Origin: Octopus sinensis
Lineage: Eukaryota
Direction of reading: 5' to 3'
Assembly (NCBI RefSeq): GCF_006345805.1
Contig: NC_043004.1
Location: 5,394,001-5,458,000, forward strand
Length of the DNA stretch: 64,000 nt
Below the pieces are notes generated by a model that was not told the origin of the DNA, made no database searches, and saw nothing but the letters and a program-made list of their open reading frames with translations. Of the stretch, positions 52,367 to 64,000 are shown one piece after another (within the stretch, counting starts at the first letter, position 1; the number at the start of each line of letters is the position of its first letter). The position numbers were made by a program, and so were the translations under genes.

Positions 52367-54151
52367 CATATATACAATGGGCTTCTTTCAGTTTCTGTCT
52401 ACCAAATCTACTCACAAGGCTTTGGTCGGCCCAAGGCTATAATAGAAGACACTTGCTCAAGGTGCCACGCAGTGGGAACGAACCTGGAACCATGTGGTTG
52501 GGAAGCAAGCTACTTACCACACAGCCACTCTAATAAAATTCCTAATAATATTTAATTCTCAGGGAATCTTTTTAAATATTGAATGACTATGAGGTTCCAC
52601 CTGAGTAAAATAGAGATCCAAAGGGTCCATAGGTAGAAAAAAAAATTGATTGAGAACCACTACCCTACACTTTTGTAGATTAGATGAAATGTCATCATTT
52701 ACACTTGGCTGGCACCACTTCCCACATATCAATTAGGCTGAAGACAAAATATGAAAATAAATTGTAAATAAAATTCAGAAAAAATGGACATTGAATTAGT
52801 GTAGGACAGCATTATTCAAACTGTGGGTCCTGCCCCTTCAGTGAGTCGTGACAAAAAGGAAAGAAAAAATGCAACTGAGTGCAAAGTGCAGAACGTAAAC
52901 AACTCTAAATGTTGCATAGTACTCATAAACCATTGCTAGTTTTACCGATTTCTCCCATGACAATGCAGGCTTTACCAATCAAAACATAATAGTACATATT
53001 ATTATGGATTCCTTGTACGTATACAAAAAGGATGTTATTGTAGTCGAAATAACTTAAACCTTTTGTCCAAGACAATCAACAGTCTCACTTCTCCTTCTCT
53101 TTTTTCCTTGAATTCTTAACTATCAAACAAGTTTGGATAAATTTTAATAACTAGTTATCAACAACTCTAGCAATCGACAAACACACACAGATACACACTC
53201 TCGTGTCTTGAATTGTTAATCATTAAACAAGGTTGTTGCAAACCTGAATGGCTAGTTGTCAACAGTTTTTACAACAAACTGGCCTCAAGTGCTGGTGGTA
53301 CGTAAAAAGCACCATTCGAGTGTGATTGTTACCAGCATCACCTTACTGGCACTTGTGCTGGTGGCATGTGAAAAAACGTTCGAACAAGGTCATTGCCAGT
53401 GCCGCTGGACCGGCTCCTGTGCAGGTGGCACATAAAAACACCATTTGAGCGTGGCTGTTGCCAGTACCGCCTGACCGACCCTTGTGCTGGTGGCACATAA
53501 AAGCACCCACTACACTCTTGGAGTGGTTGGCAATAGGAAGGGTATCCAGCTGTAGAAACTCTACCAGATCAGATTGGAGTCTGGTGTAGCCATCTGGTTT
53601 GCCAGACCTCAGTCAAATCGTCCAACCCATGCCAGCATGGAAAGTAGACATTAAACGATGATGATGATGATGACAATGATGATGATTTAATGTTTTTTAT
53701 CAGTCTTTACTAATTTTACATAGCATAATTTTCCTATTTCTTTTTTTTGATATATTAAATTTAAATGGGATAATATAATCATCATTGTCATCATTTAACA
53801 TTCATGTTCTATGGTACCATAAGAGCTGGCCAGGCCAAAGCCTGCACTAGACTTCTGTGACTGTTTGGCAGAGTTGACTTAGTGCTTTTTATGTGGCACA
53901 AGCACAGGTGAGGTCAGTTTTGGCAAGGTTCTTACAGCTAGATGCCCTTCCGAACACCAACCACTTTACAGTGTGGACTGGGTGCTTTTAAGTGGCACCT
54001 GCACTAACAGGGTTACCAAGTACTTGCAAGATTGGGAAATTAGGAAGAGTAACCCAACATGGATGATGGGCATTTGCTAGTGTTTACCTTCATTTTTTTC
54101 TATATATTTAGTCACATTTCATAAGGTTTTGTACTTATTCTTTGTATATTT

Positions 54152-54203
<52 letters not shown>

Positions 54204-54236
54204 TATATATAGATACATATATATATATATGTGTAC

Positions 54237-54273
<37 letters not shown>

Positions 54274-54481
54274 TATATATAGATACATATATATATATGT
54301 ATATATATACATACACAAACACACACGTATATATATATATAAATATATACAATCGAAAAATAGGATAAAATCTTTATAAGAATTCATCAAGTAGTTAGCA
54401 TGAAAAACCTCATAAGGATAAAATTTATAAATTATTCCTTTTAAATATATTTATTTATACTAAGGTTTAAAATGGAGAAGA

Positions 54482-54541
54482 TGTTAAAATTTAAGAGAAT
54501 TTTAATTCATGCATGAATTAAAATTCTCTTAAATTTTAACA
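54482..54541. repeat. Perfect spacerless 60-bp palindrome
   Basis: tgttaaaatttaagagaattttaattcatg is followed immediately by its exact reverse complement. Confidence 0.97.
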
Positions 54542-54599
54542 AATTTGTTGAGTTTTATGGATTCCTTTCCATATATATATATATATATTTATCAGAAAC

Positions 54600-55487
<888 letters not shown>

Positions 55488-55501
55488 TAGGAAATAATTT
55501 G

Positions 55502-55656
55502 GGCACTCCTTAAATACAGAGGTCCAGATGCATCTACGTAACGATGTGTTTTTACAGTGCACACTTGTTAGGTTAGGTTTAGTTTTAAGGTGGGTTATGG
55601 TTGGTTAGGGTTAGGTTTACGTAGATGCGTTGAGACCTCTGTATTTAAGTAGTACC
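55502..55656. mobile_element. Small inverted-repeat element with a TTAGG(G)-rich core
   Basis: Arms 55509-55540 and 55618-55649 are imperfect reverse complements around ttaggttagg/ttagggttagg repeats. Confidence 0.7.
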
Positions 55657-56546
55657 ATAACTTTTTTTCCATTTTTGTGGTAATAAACAAAATAAAAATG
55701 AATTATTCTACTGAATAATCAGTTTTACATGTGTATAAAGCATGCTTGCCTACTTCAAGTAACCTTTTGATCAAATCAGAACGATGAAACGTTAATCTTA
55801 AATTATGTTTTACGTTTTGCTGTGTGGTTACGAAGCTCGTTTTGCAACCATATAGTTTCGGGTTCAGCCCCACCACGCGACACCTAGGGCACGTGTCTTC
55901 TACTAAAGGCCCGGGTCGAACGTCTTGCGGGTGGATTTGGTAGATAGAAACTTTGTGGAAGCCCCTCGTATGTATGTATATGCGTGTCTTTACATCTGTC
56001 CCCGCATTGCCCAGCAACCGATGTTGGTTTCTTTACTCCCAATGTAACTTGGCCGTTCGGGAAAAGCAACCGATAGAATGATTGTCATCTCATCTTCGCC
56101 CACTTATTTCTGGGCGGGTCGTGGGGGAAGCATGCCTTCAACCGGGCCCTGCCAGAACCAACTATCGCTAATTGATCTGGTTACATCTCAAAGGTGGACC
56201 AATTGAGTTCGTGGTCTACCGCTGTATCAATCAGGCTTGAAAAATAATTGCTGGGATCGATTTATTCGACTAAATCTGTCAAGGCAGTGCCCCAGCACGG
56301 CCGCAGGCCAGTGACTGAAACAAGTAAAACACAAGATAAAGATAAAGACGTAGATAAACTAACCTACCAATCTTTCTTAGAACATACAAATAAATTAAGT
56401 CTTTTGTTTGTCCACCGACGGTCATTTAACAGCCATTTTGTATTACAAATAACAAGCGGCTGTTGACAGACCATTATTTTACATTGACACCCAGTAAGGA
56501 GAAAAATAATTTTGTGTTTGTACAACAGTGAAGTGAAGTGATTTAC

Positions 56547-56620
56547 CTTTGAAGTCTTAATCTGGACGGAGAATCGACAATTTGGGAGATTGTCTTTTAC
56601 TATATAATTTTTTTAATGAA
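56547..56620 (-). other. Possible non-coding first exon of RNPC3
   Basis: RNPC3 ATG exon has an acceptor (tttcag at 50698-50697) only 19 nt upstream of the ATG, so an upstream exon is needed. A unique CpG-containing segment ends in AAG|GTAAAT (GT at 56546-56545). Start position is a guess. Confidence 0.4.
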
Positions 56621-59439
56621 AGTGTTTCAGTTTAAGATATTAATTTTTTAACGGTGAATATATCTTTACACTTTGTAACAGTGAAACGTAATACAAAATA
56701 TACTCATACTTTTCATATTGTGCGTGTTTCAGTCATTAGGCTGTGGCCATACTGGGGCACCGCCTTGAGGAATTTTAGTCAAACGAATCGACACCAGTAC
56801 TTATTTTTTAAAAGCCTGGTACTCATTATATCGTGCTGTTTTGTCGAACCGCTAATTTAGAGACGTAAAAACACCAACACCGGTTGTCAAGTGGCGGGAG
56901 AGGACAACACACACACGACGGGCTTCTTTCACTTTCCCTCTACCAAATTCACTCACAATGCTTTGGTTGGTCGAAAGCTATAATAGCAAACACTTGCTGA
57001 AGGTACCACGTAGTGGGACTGAACCCAGAACCATGTGGCTGGGAAGCAAACGTATTAGCACACAGCGAAGAAAAATTATTTTAATTTTATTCTTTTTCCT
57101 ATGAATATTCGTTGCTTTTCCATATTTCGATTTGTTTAAAAAATAAAAACATATACGAAAGCACACACGGCAAAGACTATTTTAACTAAGGACTATGTGC
57201 AATATAATCAGACCATCTATACATTTATTATTTTGGTTATACTGTTGTTTTAAACCTATGTCATAAATCTTAAAGATAACAAGCAGTTATGGGTTGGAAT
57301 GAGACGACAGGGCGCAGCTGTTTGGGCGCTAATGATTTGGCATAACTGACTGGGCATTCAGTTTGTTTTAGTGTCAGTACTTTTTCGCACTGAAGACAAA
57401 CACTCACGTGCACACACACAGAGGCAAGTATGCACAGAAATATACACATACAGATAGAAAGAGTGAGAGAGAGAGACAAAAAAGAGAGAAACAGACAGAC
57501 AGAAAAAATGAGAGAGAGAAAGAGAGGGAGAGAGACAGAAAGAAACAAACGGAGAGACAGGTAGGTAAGTAGACAATAGACGGACAGACAAACAGAGGGA
57601 GTGGGAAAGAAACATTACATTTTATTAACTGAACACATTTGAAGACGATGAGCAGGCAGAATCGTAAGTAAGCTAGTCAACGTGCTTAACAGCCTCTCTT
57701 ACGACTTCACATTCTGAGTTCAAATTCCACCAAGATCCACTTTGCATTTCATCCTTTTGAGATCGATAAAATAAGCGCCAGTTGGGCACTGAGATCTATG
57801 TATTCAACTAGCCATCTGACCCATGATTTCAGGCCTTGTGCATGATTGATACAGACAGTCTCACTCCTCGGATACACAAAGGAAAAATGTGCTTATACAC
57901 GTAGGCGCAGGCGTAGCTGTGAGGTAAACTGTTTGCTTTCCAACCACATGGCTCTTGGTTCAGCCCCACTGCGTGACACTCTGGGCAAGTATTTTCTACT
58001 ATAGTCTCGTGTTGACCAAAGCCTTGTGAGTGGATTTTGTAAACGGAAACTGAAAGAAGCCCGGTGTGTGTATGTGCGTGTGTGTTTGTGTCTACGTTTG
58101 TCCCCCACTACTGCTTAACAACCGGTTTTGGTTCGTTCACGTCCCCGTAACATAGCGGTTCGGTCAAACAGACCGATAGAATAAGTAAAAAAAATGTAGA
58201 GGAATCGAATCATTCTACAAGGCCACAGCACGGCCACAGTCAAATGACTGAAACAAGTAAAAGAAAGATAAACAAGGAAAGGGAACAGAGGAGGAGAAAC
58301 ATTAAAAGGTCTGATGTCAAATAAGTCAACGTTGAATCAATAACGCCAAATCGACGGCGCCAAAATATTTCAAAACTGAATTACACCTAAATTTCTGAAC
58401 GTATCAGAAGAGTTCTACTCTTCTGATAACGTTCAGAGGAGGTTGGATTATAAGCTACTTGCAAATATATTCTTTCAATCACACCCACCATACACTAAAT
58501 TATTTCAGACCAGAACAAATTCTTTTCTTCTCTAGGCACACGGTCCGAAATTTTTTAGGGGGTGGGGGCAGGCGATTAGATCGACCCAGTACGCAACTGG
58601 TACTTATTTAATCGACCCCGATAGGATGAAAGGCAAAGTCAACCTCGGCGGAATTTGAACTCAGAATGTAAAGACAGACGAAATACCTATTTCTTTACTA
58701 CCCACAAGGGGCTAAACACAGAGAGGACAAACAAGGACAGACAAACTGTTTAAGTCGATTACATCGACCCCAGTGCGTAACTGGTACTTGATTTATCGAC
58801 CCTGAAAGGATGAAAGGCAAAGTCGACCTCGGCGGAATTTGAGCTCAGAACGTATCGTTTCTGCCAGCTCGCCACCTTTAAATTATTTCTCTATTGCCTA
58901 CAGAGGGTCTAAACAGAGAGGGAACAAACAAGGACAGACAAAGGGATAAAGTCGATTACATCGACTCCAGTGTATTACTGGTTCTTTTTTAATCGATCCC
59001 GAAAGGATGAAAGGCAAAGTCGACCTCGGCGGAATGTTAACTCAGAATGTAACGGCAGACGAAATACTGCCAAGCATTTCGCCCGGCGTGCCAAACATTC
59101 TGCCAGCTCGCCGCCCTGACTAGAACAAATTCCGATTGAAGATAACATAGTACCGAGTTTATTGACACATCCAAAAATATTTGAAGGGTACCTATGAACT
59201 ATTGGTTTGCTTAATACTTATATTCCTTTCTGAAATGTTTTATTATATTTAAATATAAAATTAAATTTTTTTTCTTTGGAATGGTGGATATTGAAGTAGT
59301 TAAAGCTATAAATAATAGCATTAGATAGAAAAAAATCGAAGGCTGCCCGTGGGGCATAAACATATATATGTAAACGTGATAGGCGTTCTACCATTAGACC
59401 AAAGTAATCCGAATTTATTGATTTTAGAGAAGAATTTTA

Positions 59440-59696
59440 GCAAGAATTGTATGGTGTTGACGTCATAAGAATTTCGAAATTTCGAGAGAATGAGATACTT
59501 TTTTGGAACGATAAATCTCGAATCTCGAAGATTATAAATTCTTAAGACGTCAGCATTATAACTATTATTTTAATAAACTGCATTACAAAGTGCACTGGGT
59601 GGTTTGTAACTTGATGAAACTATTCCGTTAAACATCCAAGTGACGTCCTTTACCGGTTGGCTGCCACTGTTGTTTAGCATTAGCAGTGACTACAAC
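59440..59696 (+). promoter_or_regulatory. COPS8 proximal promoter region with CRE-like sites
   Basis: CpG-containing sequence directly upstream of the ATG; TGACGTCA at 59458-59465, AGACGTCA at 59545-59552, TGACGTCC at 59641-59648. Confidence 0.45.
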
Positions 59697-62600
59697 ATGG
59701 CTTCTGTCGAGTACGACACGAAAACCGTGGAGAATTTAGAACTTCAAGAGCTGGAGGCAAGTGTCCTTTCTATTTAGCAGATTATTATACATTTTCTATG
59801 AAATCTTACTGAACTACTTCAGCATATGAATCTTTTTCTTATTAATAGAATCTAATAGCATCTCTTTCACGTTGTCATCATGTGTAGTCGTAAAACAAGT
59901 CCTTGTTGATGATTATATATAGATATATATATATATATATATATATATAACATAAAAGAAAAGAAAATGTTTTGAATATTACTTGTATATTATATTTCTA
60001 TATGTTTTCTATATTATGTAGCGGTCTTCAATAGTGAGTGTTTTCCAATAATTTTCCTCAAATACTTTTATATTCTAAAATGTTTTAGTTATCGTCGGTG
60101 CCTACTCACGTTATTAGCTAGTGTTTTAACATCTGCCAGCTTTTAGTGTATTTAGGAAAATGCATTAAAACAACGGATTAATAATTTATTGTACACGGAG
60201 AAAATGCTGATAATAATTCAACAATATTTAATTCATAATAACGGTTTCAAATTTGGCTCAAGGGCAGCCATTTGGGGGGGGGGAGATGAATCGATTTACA
60301 TCGACTCCAGTGTTTCACTGGTACTTAATTTATCGACCCCCCGAAGGATGAAAAACAAAGTCGACCTCGGTGGAATTTGAACTTAGAATGTAGCAGCAGA
60401 CGAAATATTTAATTCATGATAATAATGTCTGATATTGACTCCGTTCGACACTCCAAATGATCAAAGCCGGTGTGAAATAGTAACGATTATTCTCTGAATT
60501 ATAATTACTTACTATTTAAGATTAACGTGAATAAATACATTATTTTCACTGTACATTAACCAAAAGGGGGGTTTGCTTTGGATCAACGACTCACATCGCA
60601 ACAACTTAGACAAGAAATTCCGATTAGTGATTCACATAAACCTATCTTTGTTCTTTCACTCTACATAATGATGTTGAGTACTTGTTTCGCCTCACTGCAA
60701 TTCACAGAAGTGGGAACCTATAATAATCTCTCTCTCACCCTCTCTCTCTCGTGTGTCTGTGTGTGTGTGTGTGTGTAAAATCTAGTTCTGTGGCTATTTT
60801 ACACTTAAATTTTCTTTTCTAAAATGTTTAATTTATTGTTCGTTTCTTTCCAATACTTAAAATCTTTAATGATTTATATTCTTTCTTCAAAATGATTTAT
60901 CAATGTTGACTTTAACTGAAGAATATGGAGTACTGTTTCTAAATCTAGGATGGTGCAACTGTCACACACACACACACACACACGTCCTAGACTGCATCAC
61001 AACAAAGACTACCCGAATAATTGACTTGATGTCATTCACAAGCATACTTCAACCTTTAAGTTCAATTACGTGCTATATTCTTTCTGAGCTTTTTCTACCG
61101 CCTCGAGAATGGCCTCCTCTTTTTGGAGTTGTTTGGTCTGGTTCCACTTTCACTCAATTACTCTGGACTTATTGCCCCTCACCCCACCCCACTCTTCTCA
61201 CTGTATATAGTATAATATAATAATGAAATTATTGTATACAGTGCTCAAGTGCACCACAACTTGTCAGAAAGTGCGTATAAAGTGTATGCAGTAATGTACA
61301 AATGTCTGGAAAGCGAACAGTGTATGAGTCAGATACATGCTTGCGTGTGTATGGAGGGGAGAAAATCAGGTGTAGTGTTGGCAAATCTCAGGAAGCATGG
61401 AAGTTTTGAAGAATGCAGTGCTCCGACAACTAACAACTGATGCCAGCATTTTGTTCCATGCTTCAGCAACTCAGCGTGAAAAAATGTTTCCAAAAGTCAT
61501 GGGAGCTGTGCTGTTTTCTGACTTTGTAAATATGTCCACGGGTGTTAGACAGGTGGAATTTGAAAAGGTGCTCAGAGTTATTGTTTGTAAGATGGTTAAT
61601 AATTTTATGGGTGTCTGCCAAGTCAGCTGTCAGACGTCGGAGTTTCAATGTGTCCATGCCCAGGGAAGTAAGGCGTTCAGAATATGGCAAATGCCTGATG
61701 GAGGGTATTCTTTTGGTTGCACGTCGCTGAACGGCTTCCAGACGATTAATATCCTGGGCAAGATAGGGGATCCAGACCGGTGATGCAAATTCCAGGTGGG
61801 GTCGTACCATAGCTATATAAAGCCGCAGATAGATAGCCGGAGAGCGGCTCACAAAGGACTTGGTGAGTGATGCCAAGACACCCTCAAGCATCAGTTGTGG
61901 TGTGCAAGAGAGACGATTGTGCTGGTATGGTCATGTGGCAAGAATGGATGAAGATAGGTGTGTGAGAAAGTGCCAATTCCTAGCAGTTGAGGGAACCCGT
62001 GGAAGAGGTAGACCCAGGAAAACCTGGGACGAGGTGGTGAAGCACGACCTTCGAACTTTAGGCCTCACTGAGGAAATGACCAGCGACAGAGACCTTTGGA
62101 AATATGCTGTATGTGAGAAGACCAGGCAGGACAAGTGAGCCCAGCCCACTTATGCATGCCTTTCCTCCCTTGGACACAAAGACCTGTTGAGGCAAGCGAA
62201 GTCGATATAGAACCTCATCCGACGACAGGCACCCATGCCAACCCCCCTTTGCTTGCGAAGACATGTTGGGGCAATCGAAATCGAATTGAACCAGCCAGGA
62301 TCCCTGGTCTGGTGGTACGTAAAAAGCACTATCCGACTCGTGGCCGATGCCAGCGCCGTTTCGACTGGCTTCCGTGCTGGTGGCACGTAAAATACACCAA
62401 TCCGACCGTGGCCATTGCCAGCCTCGCCTGGCACCTGTGCAGGTGGCACGTAAAAAGCACCCACTACACTCACGGAGTGGTTGGCGTTAGGAAGGGCATC
62501 CAGCTGTAGAAACATTGCCAGATAAGACTGGAGCCTGGTGCAGTCTTCTGGCTTCCCAGATCCCCGGTCGAACCATCCAACCCATGCTAGCATGGAGAAC

Positions 62601-63771
62601 GGACGTTAAACAATGATGATGATGATGATGAGTGTTTGTCTTTTGACTTTGCACTATTTTTCAGTGAATCTGAGACAGGTGAGTGAAAGATCTATATGTT
62701 GGCAACCAAGTGGTTTCAATAGACCAAAAGGTGGTGCTAGACAATGAAAATATTATATAGATACATAAAATACTAAACACCAGATGAAATAACATGAGAC
62801 TAAGTGAAACTTAACCAAAGATCGGATGAAAGAAAATTTACTGTATTGGAAAGCATTTTGAAGACACATGTACATATTAAATGCAGCGCATATTCATCAA
62901 AGAATGTTTTTTTTAGTGCATTAGAGCATACAATATGCCTGACTCTGCATAGGGGACCTCGGGTGACTTTTTTCTTTCGAAAAAGGTGTCTTATATAGCA
63001 TCAAATACAGTAATTATTTTATGGAAATACATTTGATTAATGACTGAAGGGAAAAAAATTTGTTTTCTTTCTTTCTTAAAGGAGACTTTTCCATCCATTT
63101 CCCTCCAAGACTTTTTCACTCATTTTTGTACCAATTCCTAATATTTGTCTGCTATCCTAATATATTTGTTTTGTTTCTTACAGTCACCTTGTGGAATTGC
63201 TACTCCACAGCTCTACACACGGTTATTAGGAGTCTATCTTCTTAGGAATGATCTGTAAGTTACATTTTATTTCATAGCAGATAATCTTATCATACATCGT
63301 TATCTTTTAACATCCTCCATTCATACTGGCACAGATTGGACAGTTTGACTGAAGCTAGTGAGTCAAATGACTGCACCAAACTTCAGTGTCTGCTTTGGCA
63401 TAGTTTCTCCAGCTGGGAACCTCTCCTAATACCAATCACTTTACAAAGTGCACTGGGTGCTTTTTATGTGGCACTGGCACTAGTGTGATTACCAAGTAAC
63501 TCACAAGACAAATAACCTTCATCTGAGAGGTGTGGTAGGAATGTGTGAGGTGGTTTTTATGCCAGATGATAAGATGTTAAATTACGGTAGAAAGACAGGA
63601 ACAGGTATCTTGCTGTTAAGGAGATAACATGGTTTATTCAGTTGGTGGTGAAGGTGTGTGAGGATGTAAGATATAGTAATTTGATTCAAGTGCACTTTCC
63701 TTTTGTTTTCTTTCTATTTCAGGTGTAATGCCAAATTTTTATGGAAAAGAATCCCTCCGTCAATCAAATCA
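59697..63771 (+). CDS. COPS8: COP9 signalosome subunit 8, first three exons; gene continues past the window
   Basis: Exons 59697-59756, 63184-63254, 63723-63771 give [60 protein letters not shown], matching CSN8 (QELEAPGGIATP...NARYLWKRIPPAIKS). Confidence 0.93.
59757..63183 (+). other. Non-canonical GC-AG first intron of COPS8
   Basis: GAG|GCAAGT donor is the only site near the exon 1 end that keeps frame with the phase-0 exon 2 start (cag|TCA CCT TGT). Confidence 0.85.
61215..61885 (-). mobile_element. CR1/L2-group LINE 3' fragment abutting an RTE fragment
   Basis: ORF 61891-61463 ([19 protein letters not shown]...AVQRRATK); at about 61886 the sequence switches to the + strand RTE family. 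Confidence 0.9.
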
Positions 63772-64000
63772 GTAAGTAAATCAGAGCCACTGAAATTTCT
63801 CTTTATTATTTGTAATGGAAGTCTGTCTTAGAAGTCTCATTAGATTCATATTGAGGCAGGCCATGGCACTGAAATTTCTTCTGGTTTTTTTTCTGTTTTT
63901 CTTTGTTTCTGGCAGTTGTTGAATAGTTTTGGGGAGGACTAATATATAGAGAGTTAACTTTGTGTGTTGAGAAGGGTTTTGAGGTTTTGATCCAGTTTAG

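Noticed and set aside
54119-54390. [12 protein letters not shown]-rich ORFs here and elsewhere in the track
   Set aside because: Translations of TA/TG microsatellites.

Overview
AT-rich, repeat-dense animal genomic DNA. The SINE/LINE repertoire looks like an octopus or other coleoid cephalopod; this is inferred from repeat style, not from a database search. Three spliced genes were assembled by hand with consistent intron phases. (1) The 3' part of alsin (ALS2, VPS9 domain), + strand, 9 exons, 1046-23854. (2) A complete RNPC3 (U11/U12-65K minor-spliceosome protein), - strand, 14 coding exons, 471 aa, 50677-26989, convergent with ALS2. (3) The first three exons of COPS8, + strand from 59697, divergent from RNPC3. 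Introns hold tRNA-derived SINEs, CR1/RTE/RLE LINE fragments, mariner, hAT and piggyBac-like remnants, MITE-like hairpins and microsatellites. Best leads: a candidate minimal type I hammerhead ribozyme with a U3-A8 core variant in an unexplained ~310-bp intronic element (45278-45334), a canonical U12-type last coding intron in RNPC3 itself, a GC-AG first intron in COPS8, and a ~320-bp direct duplication flanking a symmetric 99-nt RNPC3 exon. Most ORFs in the supplied track are repeat or microsatellite artefacts.
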